A DNA stretch of 64,000 nucleotides from Candidatus Omnitrophota bacterium (GCA_037146775.1 JBAWWL010000001.1:133464-197463), one strand, 5' to 3'. Counted from the first letter of the stretch, positions 19,545 through 30,117 are shown. Notes: generated from the sequence alone by a model not told the origin. A program made the numbers and translations.

Positions 19545-21617
19545 ATGAAAATACAAACAGATACAAAAATAATTCTTATGCAAATTATCTTCATTATACT
19601 TTCAGCGGTTGTCGTCTATTGGAATTCTTTGGGCGGAAAATTTATGTGGGACGATTTTGGATTGATTAAAGACAATGCATATATTACCCATCACGTAAAT
19701 ATACCGGTTTTCTTTACTCGCGACATGGGCGTCGGTAGCAATGTTCAGTCAAATTACTATCGCCCATTGCAGATGGTAACTAACAAAATTGATTATATGT
19801 TTTGGGGGGTGAACCCTCTAGGCTACCACATTACTAATCTTATTTTCCACATTTTAACTGCACTTGTGCTATTCTGGCTTCTTAATGTGCTTTTCAACAA
19901 GAAAAATATTTCTTTTGTGGCTTCTTTGTTATTTGTGGTCCACCCTGTCCACGTAGAAGCTGTTTCTTATATTTCTGGCCGTTCCGATTCGCTCGCGGCA
20001 TTAGGTATGTTGTTGTCGCTTGTGTTCTATGCGAAATATATCTTGTGTCAAAGTTACCGTTTCTATATCTTTGCTTTGGGAAGTTTTGTTGTCGCGCTTT
20101 TATCTAAAGAGAATAGCGTTATTCTGCCATTCTTGCTTTTTCCGGTCCATTTTGTTTACAGAAAGAAACCGGCCGCGCGGGCATTGTTGCCGTTTTTCGG
20201 CTTATTAGCCGCATATCTGTTGTTTCGACAGCTCGTTGTTCATCCTATATTGTTTTCTTCCGCGTCCTTAGGTGATATGATACAAAGGATTCCCGGATTT
20301 TTACGTTCGATTGCCCGCTATCTACAAATTTTATCATTTCCTTTGGGGCTGCATCTTGAATATGACCACAGGATGTTTAGTATTTACGATCCTATTGTTA
20401 TCGCAGGAATAGTAAGTAGTATCTTCCTGGTAGGATTGGCATGGATAAAGAAGTACAATGCCATAGTGTTATTCTCGATATTATGGTTTTTTCTTGGGCT
20501 TATTCCGGTAAGTAATATTTTAAATATAAGTTATCCATATATGATGGAGCACTGGTGTTATTTTTCTTCGATAGGATTCTTTTTGATTGTTTCGTACACA
20601 CTGTTTTTAATATCCAAAACCAAGCTATTGAAAAGTGCTGCCGTTTTATTTGCGGCCTCATTGTTTATTTTCTATTCGTACAGCGCGATAGGCCAAGTTA
20701 ATCAATGGCGAGATCCTGTAACTGTTTTCGAAACAGCCTTGCGCTATTCGCCCAGCAATTCCATGCTTTATATGTTGCTTGGCGATGAATATCTTGCTGC
20801 AGGAAATAAAGAACAGGCGATTGTCGCGTATAAAAAAGCCATAACGTTAAAACATGATTTTTTCGATGCTTATATCAGCATGGGAAACACCTACTATCAG
20901 TGGGGTAAGCCAAACGATGCCGCCGAAATTTATGGAATAGCGATGGGTCTTTTCCCCAAGTCTTCTAAACCGTACATTGGTCTTGCTAATATATTAACTC
21001 AAACAGGACGCGAAAAAGAAGCTATAAGTCTATACCGCAAAGCGATAGAAAACGACCCTAAAGGAGAGCAGGCCTACTATAATCTCGGTATTGTATATAA
21101 GAAACTCGGGCAGCCGGAACAGGCAATAACGATGTTTAATAAAGTGTTGCGCATTAACCCTAATTTCTTGCTGGCGTATTATCAGCTGGGTTCTTTATAC
21201 AAAACAAGACAGGAGGCAGATAAATTATATTCTCTTTACAGAAAAGCAGTTGCGAATAATCTGGCGTATTTTGATGCTTATTATAGTTTAGCAGATACGT
21301 ATAGTCAGGAAGGTAAATACTCTGAGGCGATACTATTGTATAAAAGAGCCATAAAAATCAATTCCGGATTTGCGGAGAGCTATTTTAACTTGGGAAAGAT
21401 TTATTTTGCCATGAAAAGAGATGAAGAATCAATCGCATATTTTAAGAAAGCTGTCGAGCTGGATCCCGATTTAGCCGTAGCTTATAGTTTTATAGCGCTT
21501 GCGTATGCTTCTCAAAATAAGTACGTTTTGGCAATCCAATATTGCGATAAAGCAGCCTTGCACGGCTACAAAATAAATCCTCAGTTCCTGGAATTACTGA
21601 AACCATATCGAGAATAG
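19545..21617 (+). CDS. TMTC-like GT-C glycosyltransferase with C-terminal TPR repeats
   Basis: F.WDD, YYRPL, HPVHVEAV.YISGR, LSKE; about 11 TM segments followed by multiple TPRs. Confidence 0.82.
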   Translation: MKIQTDTKIILMQIIFIILSAVVVYWNSLGGKFMWDDFGLIKDNAYITHHVNIPVFFTRDMGVGSNVQSNYYRPLQMVTNKIDYMFWGVNPLGYHITNLIFHILTALVLFWLLNVLFNKKNISFVASLLFVVHPVHVEAVSYISGRSDSLAALGMLLSLVFYAKYILCQSYRFYIFALGSFVVALLSKENSVILPFLLFPVHFVYRKKPAARALLPFFGLLAAYLLFRQLVVHPILFSSASLGDMIQRIPGFLRSIARYLQILSFPLGLHLEYDHRMFSIYDPIVIAGIVSSIFLVGLAWIKKYNAIVLFSILWFFLGLIPVSNILNISYPYMMEHWCYFSSIGFFLIVSYTLFLISKTKLLKSAAVLFAASLFIFYSYSAIGQVNQWRDPVTVFETALRYSPSNSMLYMLLGDEYLAAGNKEQAIVAYKKAITLKHDFFDAYISMGNTYYQWGKPNDAAEIYGIAMGLFPKSSKPYIGLANILTQTGREKEAISLYRKAIENDPKGEQAYYNLGIVYKKLGQPEQAITMFNKVLRINPNFLLAYYQLGSLYKTRQEADKLYSLYRKAVANNLAYFDAYYSLADTYSQEGKYSEAILLYKRAIKINSGFAESYFNLGKIYFAMKRDEESIAYFKKAVELDPDLAVAYSFIALAYASQNKYVLAIQYCDKAALHGYKINPQFLELLKPYRE

Positions 21618-21749
21618 GAATTTTTGTATATCTGTTTTATATATTCTTTGGCAGGCATAGAAAAATTATTTCAAGTTCATACATCGATTCCTGAATGGTT
21701 GCATGAGAAGATGTTTGCTTTTGCGCCGGATTTGATATAATATCGCACT

Positions 21750-22607
21750 ATGAAGATAATAGATATTCTTGGCACACACACAGAAGGGGTAGCTTTTGAG
21801 TTTTTCCCACCCAGAACCGAAGCCGGCAAAAATACTTTTGCCGCTACTGCCAAGGCATTAAAAGCGCATAAGCCGTTATACGTTTCTATGACTTGCGGGG
21901 CTGCCGGATCGCGGCAGGGCTACACTCAGGAAGCCGTCGACGTATTGCTTGGACAAAATTATTCTACAGTTATGCCGCATCTTACCTGCGTGGATGCCAC
22001 CTCAGGCGGCATTGCTGACGTGCTTGAATCTTATAAGAAAAAGGGTATTGAAAATATTATGGCTTTACGGGGCGACCCGCCTCAGGATAATAATGATTTT
22101 GATTTTTCCCGGCAGGAATTTCGCTGCGCTTATGATTTGGTAAAAACGGTTAAACGGTACAATCATTTTTGCATAGGGGTTGCGGTTTATCCCGAAGGCC
22201 ACATTCAGAGCCGTTCTTTCGAGGAAGATTTGGAATATACCAAGCAAAAAATTGACGCAGGAGCTGATTTTGCCGTAACGCAGATGTTTTTTGATAATGC
22301 GTATTATTATAATTTTTTAGAACAGGCGAAAAGGAAAGGTATTGCTATTCCGATCATCGCAGGGATCCTGCCGCTGGTAGATATTGTTAAGGTAAAGCAG
22401 TTTATTTCTATCTGTAGAACGACGATTCCCCGTCAGATTGAAGTTGAAATGATGCGTTTTTCCGGTAGGCCCGAAGACATGGAAAAGGTTGGTCTTGATT
22501 TTACCATTGCACAGTGTCGGGATCTCATCAAGAACGGTTTCGGGAAGCTGCATTTTTTTACGCTCAACAAGCCAGAAGTTATCGCGCGTATTGTGAGTGC
22601 GCTTTAG
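21750..22607 (+). CDS. metF: 5,10-methylenetetrahydrofolate reductase
   Basis: FEFFPP, PHLTC, ALRGDPP, YPEGH, TQMFFD, HFFTLN. Confidence 0.93.
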   Translation: MKIIDILGTHTEGVAFEFFPPRTEAGKNTFAATAKALKAHKPLYVSMTCGAAGSRQGYTQEAVDVLLGQNYSTVMPHLTCVDATSGGIADVLESYKKKGIENIMALRGDPPQDNNDFDFSRQEFRCAYDLVKTVKRYNHFCIGVAVYPEGHIQSRSFEEDLEYTKQKIDAGADFAVTQMFFDNAYYYNFLEQAKRKGIAIPIIAGILPLVDIVKVKQFISICRTTIPRQIEVEMMRFSGRPEDMEKVGLDFTIAQCRDLIKNGFGKLHFFTLNKPEVIARIVSAL

Positions 22608-22693
22608 CGCTTTGTGCTTTTACTTTTCAATCAAAAAAAGCCGAGTAGCGGGTTGGAAACTATTTATCACCGACGTTGGGGGCGGGTGGTTTT

Positions 22694-23065
22694 ATGGTGA
22701 ACAGACGTATGTATAGGGCGGTGCTGTTGATTGTATTGGTTAGCTTGGATGTTTGTGCCGGCCCCGCGTGGCCGCAAGAAGCAATCATTATAGCTCAAAC
22801 AGCAATTCCTGTTATTGAGAATGCTCGGTGTATACAAAACCAAGGAAAGGTTTCTGCCGACACGCACATTGCTACCTACAGGGTCAACAAGAACTTTACG
22901 CAGGTGGTAGAATTTTATAAAGATTTTTTTGCCGCCGGAGGTTTCTCGACAATGATTGAGCAGAGCAAAGATATTTTTAACATGTCCGTTAAAAAAGAAA
23001 ATGTTATGTTTACGATGCGCATATATCCCGAAGGGAAACAGGTGGCGGTGCAGTTTATATGGTAA
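22694..23065 (+). CDS. Hypothetical exported protein
   Basis: N-terminal signal-like segment; start uncertain. Confidence 0.5.
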   Translation: MVNRRMYRAVLLIVLVSLDVCAGPAWPQEAIIIAQTAIPVIENARCIQNQGKVSADTHIATYRVNKNFTQVVEFYKDFFAAGGFSTMIEQSKDIFNMSVKKENVMFTMRIYPEGKQVAVQFIW

Positions 23066-23856
23066 AGTTATTTATGTGCCGTATCGTAGCGATCCTTGCA
23101 TTGTTATTGTGTGCGGGCTGCGCAACGCTCTATAATCCTGCTACCGAAAAGAAAGAATTTATTTTCATTAACAGTTCGATGGAAACGGCTATTGGGAAAA
23201 ATGTAGTTGGGCAGCTTTTAAGTGAGCACCCCGAGTCAAAAGACGTGAATATACAAGAGCGTGTAAAAGCGGTAGGCAACCGTGTCGCCGCTGTTTCTGA
23301 ACGCAAAGATATCGCTTATACTTTCAGCGTTATCGACGATAAAGAGCTTAATGCCATGGCTCTTCCCGGTGGATTTATTTATATCAATAAAGGGTTGGTG
23401 GAAATTTTGACCAATGATGAACTTGCGTTTGTTTTGGGGCATGAAATCGGCCACGTAGCCGCAAGGCACCTCGCCAAGAAAATGCAGGCTAATATAGGGT
23501 ACCAGTTGCTTTTAGCCTTGGCTTTTTCTGTTGGCTCGCAGACTGATGCGGCGAATGCAAAAACAGTGGCGCAAAGTGCCGATGCGGTTTATAATCTAGT
23601 ACAACTAGGGTATAGCCGAAAAGATGAATTAGAGGCTGATCGTTTGGGTGTGCGTTATTCGTTGTCGGCAGGGTATGATCCGCGTGCGGGGATATCGGCC
23701 TTGGAAAAGCTCAAAAAAGAATCCGGCCAAGGTGCGAACGTGCCAAGTTATTTACGCACACATCCTTATATCGAAGAACGCGTCGCGGCGCTAAAAGTTG
23801 CGATACCCCAGGCTATGCTTCGTGCAAAGAACAGTCAGTTGACTCATAAAGAGTAG
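23059..23856 (+). CDS. M48 family metalloprotease lipoprotein (LoiP/BepA-like)
   Basis: Lipobox CAGC, NAMALPGG, HEIGH, ELEADRLG, THP. Confidence 0.88.
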   Translation: MVKLFMCRIVAILALLLCAGCATLYNPATEKKEFIFINSSMETAIGKNVVGQLLSEHPESKDVNIQERVKAVGNRVAAVSERKDIAYTFSVIDDKELNAMALPGGFIYINKGLVEILTNDELAFVLGHEIGHVAARHLAKKMQANIGYQLLLALAFSVGSQTDAANAKTVAQSADAVYNLVQLGYSRKDELEADRLGVRYSLSAGYDPRAGISALEKLKKESGQGANVPSYLRTHPYIEERVAALKVAIPQAMLRAKNSQLTHKE

Positions 23857-23876
23857 CGTAAAAGAAGGAGGCTAAA

Positions 23877-24452
23877 ATGATGTTGATGATTAGTGGCGTT
23901 ATCGGCATAATTCTGGCGGTAGCAGTCTTGGCGGTTGTCGTATGGCTCATTAAGGTTTATAATTCACTTATTCAACTTAAAGTGCGGGCTGACGGTGCGT
24001 GGGCCGACATCAATGTACAGCTGAAACGTCGTTACGATCTTATTCCGAATCTTGTGGCGACCGTAGAAGGTTATGCTACGCATGAACGTTCGACGCTTGA
24101 GGCAGTGACGAAAGCGCGCATGAAAGCAATGAGCGCAGGAGACATAAATCAGAAAAGTTCTACCGAAAACGCGCTTTCCGGTACCTTAAAAACGCTTTTT
24201 GCCGTTGCGGAGAATTATCCGCAATTGAAAGCCAACGAGAATTTCCTGCAATTACAGAAGAGTCTTGGTGAAATTGAAGAAGCGCTTCAGGCTTCTCGGC
24301 GGTATTATAATGCCGTAGTGCGTGATTTTGCTACACAGCTGGAAGTATTTCCAAATAATATTCTCGCTCAGATGTTCCATTTTACCAAGAAAGAGTTTTT
24401 TCAGCTCGAGAATCCCGAAACAGAACAAAAAAATCCCCAGGTTAAATTTTAG
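23877..24452 (+). CDS. lemA: LemA family protein
   Basis: QLKRRYDLIPNLV, AENYPQLKANENF, RRYYN. Confidence 0.93.
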   Translation: MMLMISGVIGIILAVAVLAVVVWLIKVYNSLIQLKVRADGAWADINVQLKRRYDLIPNLVATVEGYATHERSTLEAVTKARMKAMSAGDINQKSSTENALSGTLKTLFAVAENYPQLKANENFLQLQKSLGEIEEALQASRRYYNAVVRDFATQLEVFPNNILAQMFHFTKKEFFQLENPETEQKNPQVKF

Positions 24453-24502
24453 ATGTATCTGTCTGGCATATACGCGTATGGGCCAGTTAAAAGGAGACGC
24501 TT

Positions 24503-25252
24503 ATGGCTATCAAACCTCAGAGAACCATAATTACCAAGCAACAGCCAAAGAAAAACATATCTTTTTTTGGTATTGCAAGCTTATTGTGTGGTTGCTTTTT
24601 TCTTTGGCCGGTTGGGATCGTTCTGGGAATTGTGGCGATTATCTTGGGCATTATCGCGTTCGTGCAGATTTCCAAAGATAAAGATGAGGAGAGAAAAGGC
24701 ATCGGTTTTGCTATCGGAGGAATCGCTCTCGGGGTTTTATCTTTACTCAACCCTTTATTGGTCAGGATTGCCGTTGAACTTAATGCTCCTGCTTTTTTGA
24801 GGGTGAACAGAGAGGCTCAGGAGTCTGCGGCAGCCGCGGCGATGCGCAGTATCTATACTGCCGAAACCTCACACAGGCTTACCTATCAGACTTACATAAC
24901 GCTTGATCAGTTTGGCAGCGCCGGTTCTTCTTATATCGATTCCAACCTGGCCTGCGCTCAACCGACATGTTTCCAGTATGATTATGCTTTTAATGTAGTA
25001 GTTGCAGGCCCGGAAAGTTTTTTTGTAACTGCTCAGCCAAAAGATTTATCCTTAAGGCACACCTATTATATCGATGAAAGCGGCGTTTTATGCCGGTCTG
25101 ACGCAGTTGGCACGGCCAAGGTGCAGACCCACGCAGACAGCGGCTGTCCTGTCGGTTTTTCAAAAGTAAAAGAAGTAGCGCCAGCTGTCATATCGTCGGA
25201 AGATTCTGGTAAAAAACCTGCCAAGGAGAAACCGTGGCAAAAAAAGCGCTGA
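24503..25252 (+). CDS. DUF4190-like membrane anchor fused to a type IV pilin-like globular domain
   Basis: GIASLLCG..AIILGIIA..GFAIGGIALG, then PAFLR..AQESAA..MRSIYTAE helix and paired Cys. Confidence 0.6.
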   Translation: MAIKPQRTIITKQQPKKNISFFGIASLLCGCFFLWPVGIVLGIVAIILGIIAFVQISKDKDEERKGIGFAIGGIALGVLSLLNPLLVRIAVELNAPAFLRVNREAQESAAAAAMRSIYTAETSHRLTYQTYITLDQFGSAGSSYIDSNLACAQPTCFQYDYAFNVVVAGPESFFVTAQPKDLSLRHTYYIDESGVLCRSDAVGTAKVQTHADSGCPVGFSKVKEVAPAVISSEDSGKKPAKEKPWQKKR

Positions 25253-25815
25253 TACTGTGTTCCAGCCCGCATAAGAATGGTAACACCAATACTGTTGCGC
25301 AGTGGGTGAGCGAGGGGATAAAAGCCGCCGGAGGGCAAGCCGAAAGTATTGATATAACCTCCCTGAGATACAAGACAAGTGGTTGTATCGCGTGTATGGG
25401 CTGTAAGCAATCGGATAAGTTTGTGTGTGTTGTCAACGATGAAGCGCAGCCAATTCTTAAGCGTATTCCAAAGGCCGATATTTTGATATTTGCGACCCCT
25501 CTTTATTTTTTCGGGCCAACGGCACAGATGAAGATATTCTCCGATCGTATGTATTCGCTTTTTAAGTTTGATAAGAAAAAAGGGGCCATAATACACCATC
25601 TTTATCATATGAAATTTGCGGTCATTTCCACCGCCGGCAGTAACGAGTTTGGCGCTCTGACGAAGTTATTCGACGTTCTGGCCGGTTTTATTGGTGTTAA
25701 GGTGGAAACGCTTCTAATTCCTTTTGTCAACCACCCAGAAATGTTAAAGAAGAGTGCCGTGATGAAGGAAAAAGCAATTATGTTTGGCCGCCGGCTTGTG
25801 CGTGGCCGGAAGTAA
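25234..25815 (+). CDS. Iron-sulfur flavoprotein / flavodoxin-fold protein (paralog of 12610)
   Basis: SSPHKNGNT, CxxCxxCx7C, ATPLYF. Confidence 0.8.
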   Translation: MAKKALILCSSPHKNGNTNTVAQWVSEGIKAAGGQAESIDITSLRYKTSGCIACMGCKQSDKFVCVVNDEAQPILKRIPKADILIFATPLYFFGPTAQMKIFSDRMYSLFKFDKKKGAIIHHLYHMKFAVISTAGSNEFGALTKLFDVLAGFIGVKVETLLIPFVNHPEMLKKSAVMKEKAIMFGRRLVRGRK

Positions 25816-25865
25816 AAGTTTTCGGCTGCATAGAATGAACAGCATGCTTAAAGGAAAATAAAGAT

Positions 25866-26066
25866 ATGGTTACGACAATAATTTTTAACTTATTACTTTT
25901 CTATTTACTTTTTATTATTCTTTATAGGGTTGTTTTATTCTTATTGAGGTTTTCTTTGCGACAAAACTCAATGGATAGCAACCGCCGCAAAACTGACTTT
26001 GGTGCCCGGAACGAACCCCGCCGAGAAAAAGAAATTATTGACGCCGATTTTGAGGAAATAAAATAG
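25866..26066 (+). CDS. Small single-TM hypothetical protein
   Basis: Hydrophobic N-terminus, C-terminal IIDADFEEIK motif. Confidence 0.6.
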   Translation: MVTTIIFNLLLFYLLFIILYRVVLFLLRFSLRQNSMDSNRRKTDFGARNEPRREKEIIDADFEEIK

Positions 26067-26091
26067 TTTTTTCCGCCACAGGCGCGTATAC

Positions 26092-27291
26092 ATGTCATTT
26101 ATGCCCAACGAGCGTTATATAGTTCATGTAGATATGGATGCATTTTTCGCTGCGATTGAGCAGCGGGATAATCCAGGGCTTAGGGGCAAACCTGTTGTTG
26201 TGGGGGCAGACCCTAAGGCCGGCCGCGGCCGGGGTGTTGTTTCTACCTGTTCGTACGAAGCGAGAAAATTTGGCATACATTCCGCCATGCCTATCTCGAC
26301 CGCCTATCGTAACTGCCCTCGGGCCGTATTTCTTCCTGTCGATATGGAGAGGTATACGGATGTTTCTCGACAGCTTTACAACATATATAATGAATTTACG
26401 CCTATGGTTGAACCTGCCGGTTTAGACGAGGCATATTTGGATATAACGGCAAGTCATCATCTTTTTGACGGTCCTGCTTGCACTTGCATATTGCTTAAAA
26501 CAAGAATAAAAGAAGTTACTCGTTTGACCGCATCGGTGGGACTTGCGCCGATGAAAATGGCAGCGAAAATTGCCTCTGACTTAAAGAAACCGGACGGTTT
26601 TGTACAGGTTAGCCAAACCTCTCTTTTGGATTTTTTATGGCCGCTTCCTGTGGACAAAATATGTGGTTTAGGCAAAAAAACAAAGATTTTTCTTGAGCAG
26701 TATGGTATTGTTACGATAGGCGATCTCGCCCGGCGCAATAAGGATGAATTAATCTCGCTTTTAGGAAGAAACGGCGAAACTTTATGGCAATTAGCTAACG
26801 GTATTGATGAGCGGAACATAGAGATTGCTACCGAGGCAAAATCCATCAGCAGCGAGACAACATTTATGGTAGATACCCTTGATAATCACCGCATAATGGG
26901 TGCTTTGTTTTCGTTATGCGAAAGCGTGTCTAGTCGTTTGCGTAAGGAAGCGTGTAAGGCCAAGACTGTTACTCTTAAGGTAAGATTTGAAGGATTTGAT
27001 ACGTACACCAAGGCCGTGACGATGCATAAATCAACTAACTTTTCCGAGGATATATATAAGGTTGCAAGAAAGCTATATGATATGTTTGAGATAAAAGATA
27101 AGAAAGTAAGGCTTATTGGAGTAAAGACGTCCGGCCTTCTTCCCGGCGATACTCAGGACAGTCTTTTTAGGGATGCGAGTGACAATAGGAAGGAGGAGAT
27201 ATACAGGGCCATGGAGCGTATTAAAGCAAAGTTTGGCGATGACAGTATTTGTAGGGCTGCGAGCAGGATAATGCACGGTGGCAGGCATTAA
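26092..27291 (+). CDS. dinB: DNA polymerase IV (Y family)
   Basis: HVDMDAFFA, SYEARKFG, LDEAYLD, KIASDLKKPDG, VRLIGV. Confidence 0.95.
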   Translation: MSFMPNERYIVHVDMDAFFAAIEQRDNPGLRGKPVVVGADPKAGRGRGVVSTCSYEARKFGIHSAMPISTAYRNCPRAVFLPVDMERYTDVSRQLYNIYNEFTPMVEPAGLDEAYLDITASHHLFDGPACTCILLKTRIKEVTRLTASVGLAPMKMAAKIASDLKKPDGFVQVSQTSLLDFLWPLPVDKICGLGKKTKIFLEQYGIVTIGDLARRNKDELISLLGRNGETLWQLANGIDERNIEIATEAKSISSETTFMVDTLDNHRIMGALFSLCESVSSRLRKEACKAKTVTLKVRFEGFDTYTKAVTMHKSTNFSEDIYKVARKLYDMFEIKDKKVRLIGVKTSGLLPGDTQDSLFRDASDNRKEEIYRAMERIKAKFGDDSICRAASRIMHGGRH

Positions 27292-27384
27292 GCGACTTTT
27301 TAGAAGTTTTTGTTTTCTTGACAGAAGTTTGTGATATAGTAATACCGGGAGCGAAAGTATATTATCAGAAAAGAGGAGGGGAGT

Positions 27385-27621
27385 ATGCCTTATGATGCGA
27401 GTTTAGACGAGAGTTTGTTTTCAAAGACATATGAAACAGAAGAAGAACGTCTTACGGTCAGCGTGTATGCTTATAATAAGGGGCAGAAAAAGTTGCAGCT
27501 TACGCGTGAAAACAAAGATAATCAAGGCGAATACAGATTTGCGAAGTTAGGTAGAATGACAAAAGGTGAAATTACAGCCTTGCTGCCGCTCATACAGGAA
27601 GCAATAAAGTTCATGGAATAA
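27385..27621 (+). CDS. Small conserved-looking hypothetical protein, possibly a PC4/whirly-like ssDNA-binding fold
   Basis: Strong SD GAGGAGG; beta-strand-rich segment plus C-terminal helix. The fold is inferred. Confidence 0.5.
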   Translation: MPYDASLDESLFSKTYETEEERLTVSVYAYNKGQKKLQLTRENKDNQGEYRFAKLGRMTKGEITALLPLIQEAIKFME

Positions 27622-27674
27622 TTTCTTACGCGGTGGTTTTGTCTGCGTAGTCAGTCGAACTAAGGAGGTAGGGC

Positions 27675-28028
27675 ATGATACGATGCAAATTTTGTAAAGC
27701 ACCATTGAGTGGTTTATTGAGCGTAATTGGCAAGACCGTTTTTAATATTAGGCCTTCCGTGCAGGATCATGAGGTGTGTAGCAAATGCGTCGGTAAACAG
27801 CCAGCTCAGTCGCTGGAAGAGGAAGCCGATAATATAAAAGCAAAAAAATATAAATGCCAAATATGTGCTCGAGCTATCCATCAGGAGCACGCTTTAGAGC
27901 ATATTAAGGCGGAGGAATATCTTATTAATCTTATTAAAAAAGATCATCCGCAGTGGCAGATTAAAGATGTTACCTGTAAAGAATGTATTGAGTATTACCG
28001 CAAACTTATAAAAGACGCGGAAATTTAA
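27675..28028 (+). CDS. Cys/His-rich putative zinc-binding protein
   Basis: CKFC, CSKC, CQIC..H...H, CKEC; SD AAGGAGG. Confidence 0.6.
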   Translation: MIRCKFCKAPLSGLLSVIGKTVFNIRPSVQDHEVCSKCVGKQPAQSLEEEADNIKAKKYKCQICARAIHQEHALEHIKAEEYLINLIKKDHPQWQIKDVTCKECIEYYRKLIKDAEI

Positions 28029-28333
28029 CCCGACAGATAAATCTTTTATCTGCTATGTGTGTTGCCGGCCGTAGAGATTAAGGGTACAATTGCCCGATAA
28101 TCCTTCAGTGTCAAATTAATACAGCTTGCCTGCCAACTATTTTATCCTGGTGTTTTGATTTGTCCGTCCACTGACCGATATGTAAGGCGTATGTTTTTGC
28201 GGAGTCGTTCGTAGCGCTTTTTTGGACAGGCTATAGTATAATAAAGTATTCAAGAAGCAAAGATGAAATCTTATAATTACGGAAGGCTTTATTAATCAAG
28301 AAATAACGGCAGGAAAAAAATCAATAAGAAAAT

Positions 28334-28381
28334 AAAAAAGGGGTAGAAAAAGAAGGGAACGGTATTCTTTCTCTACCCCTT
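28334..28381 (-). terminator. Intrinsic terminator after the RRM gene
   Basis: aaaaaaggggtaga...tctacccctt stem; U-tract on the minus strand. Confidence 0.6.
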
Positions 28382-28386
28382 GGGGA

Positions 28387-28731
28387 CTATCTTCCTTTAA
28401 ATCCGCCGCCAGAGTATCCGCCGCGACTTCCACCACCACCACCGCCGCCGCCGCCGAAACTATCTCTGCGTGGACGCATTTTCTGTGCTTTGCTGACGCG
28501 TAGTGCTCTTCCGTTCATATCTTGACCGTTTAGAACATCTATTGCCTGCTTGGCTTGCTCTTCAGTTTCAAATTCCGCAAATCCAAAACCCTTTGATCTG
28601 CCGGAGAATTTGTCACTGATGATTTTAACTTCTTTTACAGTTAATCCCTTTTCTTCAATAAACTTTTTGAGATCAGCATCTTGTACGCCGAACTCTAAAT
28701 TCCCTATGTATAGCTTTTTTTCCTCTTCCAT
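28387..28731 (-). CDS. RRM (RNP) RNA-binding protein with Gly-rich tail
   Basis: KLYIGNL (RNP2), RSKGFGFAEF (RNP1), GGGG tail; start at MEEEKK. Confidence 0.92.
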   Translation of the reverse strand: MEEEKKLYIGNLEFGVQDADLKKFIEEKGLTVKEVKIISDKFSGRSKGFGFAEFETEEQAKQAIDVLNGQDMNGRALRVSKAQKMRPRRDSFGGGGGGGGGSRGGYSGGGFKGR

Positions 28732-28851
28732 GATCAGACTCCTTTTGCCTTTACGTAAACCAATGTACTTACTTTTACAATCCGTTTCTTTGTGAGAAAC
28801 TTCCCTCAAGAGCGTGTAACCATGCTCTTGTCGACCGCCTAAACAGCAGTC

Positions 28852-29013
28852 TTACAAACACTTTTTCCGCTTTTCCCTCCTTTTTTGAGATGGTTTGGTA
28901 TAATGTTGCCGTTCCCGAAAATTTCTTACAATGCCTTCTCGTTTGCATTGCATCATAAATTTACGCAACGCTTTCTCAAAATCTTCCCTTATCTCGATTT
29001 TCACTTCCGCCAT
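28852..29013 (-). CDS. rpsU: 30S ribosomal protein S21
   Basis: FEKALRKF..CKREGI..RERQHYTKPS. Confidence 0.9.
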   Translation of the reverse strand: MAEVKIEIREDFEKALRKFMMQCKREGIVRNFRERQHYTKPSQKRREKRKKCL

Positions 29014-29233
29014 AGCACCACCGTTGTAAGGCGCAATTATAGCATGTTTTGCCATTTTTACAAGAAGAATTTGCAACCATCTTTTTTAAGGTATTTTCTT
29101 CCAAAATCTCAAATTTTCTGTATAATAATGGTGTTTTATAAAAGTCGGCTCATTAGAGTAGGATGAAAATCTTAAGGTTTCCCTGGGTGTGTCTGAGATC
29201 GTTTGATATATAACGATAAAAAGGAGGAGTAGT

Positions 29234-29788
29234 ATGTTGGAACGTATTATGATATTTATCGACGCTGAATATGTAGTACAGAAAATACGCGAGATTGGCG
29301 CACGTAAAAGTATCGGCCGGAAAGATATCGAGTGGAAAAACATCATTAAGTGGATTGTGGGGTCCAGACACCTGGTGCGTAGTTACTATTATTCGGCAGA
29401 GCTAAGTAAAGATGAAAATGCGAAGACGTTTCATGAACAGCAGGAACATCTTGGAAAGCTAAAGATGAGTATTCCTTATTTTGAGGTACGATTGGGAAGG
29501 CTGGTGCGCGTATATCATGATTGGGTTCAGAAAGGCCTCGATGTTAAGATCGCGGTAGATATGTTTTCAAAAGCTGTTACCAACCAATACGATGTTGCGG
29601 CGCTTATTTCTGGCGATTCCGATTTCGTCGAAGTTATTGGAGAAATCAAGGAAATGTACGGTAAGCATGTAGAGCTTTTCACCTTTGATATGGCGATCAA
29701 CGACAGCCTTAAATTTGCTCCCGACAGGCACTTTATTATTGATTCGCAGTCGGCCCGCAAGTTTCATTTCTGGCCAGAAACAAGATAA
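29234..29788 (+). CDS. NYN (LabA/DUF88, PIN-like) domain protein
   Basis: IFIDA, QKGLDV.IAVD, SGDSDF. Confidence 0.85.
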   Translation: MLERIMIFIDAEYVVQKIREIGARKSIGRKDIEWKNIIKWIVGSRHLVRSYYYSAELSKDENAKTFHEQQEHLGKLKMSIPYFEVRLGRLVRVYHDWVQKGLDVKIAVDMFSKAVTNQYDVAALISGDSDFVEVIGEIKEMYGKHVELFTFDMAINDSLKFAPDRHFIIDSQSARKFHFWPETR

Positions 29789-29865
29789 TGGATCTTCGTT
29801 CCTTGTGGGGTTTGGCTGCGGGAAAAAGGTTTAACTAAACTAATAAAAAAGTAATTTTGTATTTT

Positions 29866-30117
29866 ATGAAACCTTTAATAGTCGGTATGATCGCAGGCGT
29901 TTTTTGCACTATTTCTTTCGTTCCTCAGGTGCTCAAGATTTTTAGAACCAAACAGGCGAAAGATCTTTCTCTTTTCGCTTTTTCTTTCTTTTCGTTCGGT
30001 ATTATCCTGTGGCTGATTTACGGGTTACTGATAAAAGATGCAGCTATAATTGTAGCCAATTCCGTGACCCTCGTGCTGGCATTGTTGATTGTGGCGATGA
30101 AGGTCAAATACGGTTAG
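29866..30117 (+). CDS. SemiSWEET / PQ-loop sugar transporter
   Basis: SFVPQVLK..K.AKDLS, LWLIYG, IIVAN. Confidence 0.88.
   Translation: MKPLIVGMIAGVFCTISFVPQVLKIFRTKQAKDLSLFAFSFFSFGIILWLIYGLLIKDAAIIVANSVTLVLALLIVAMKVKYG

Noticed and set aside
21617-21750. SAM/SAH riboswitch upstream of metF
   Set aside because: No consensus seen, and the promoter sits 8 nt from the ATG, leaving no leader.
26092-27291. DinB GLDE instead of SIDE as a sign of inactivation
   Set aside because: The catalytic Asp/Asp-Glu residues and steric-gate Phe are intact, and Gly occurs at this position in other Y-family polymerases.
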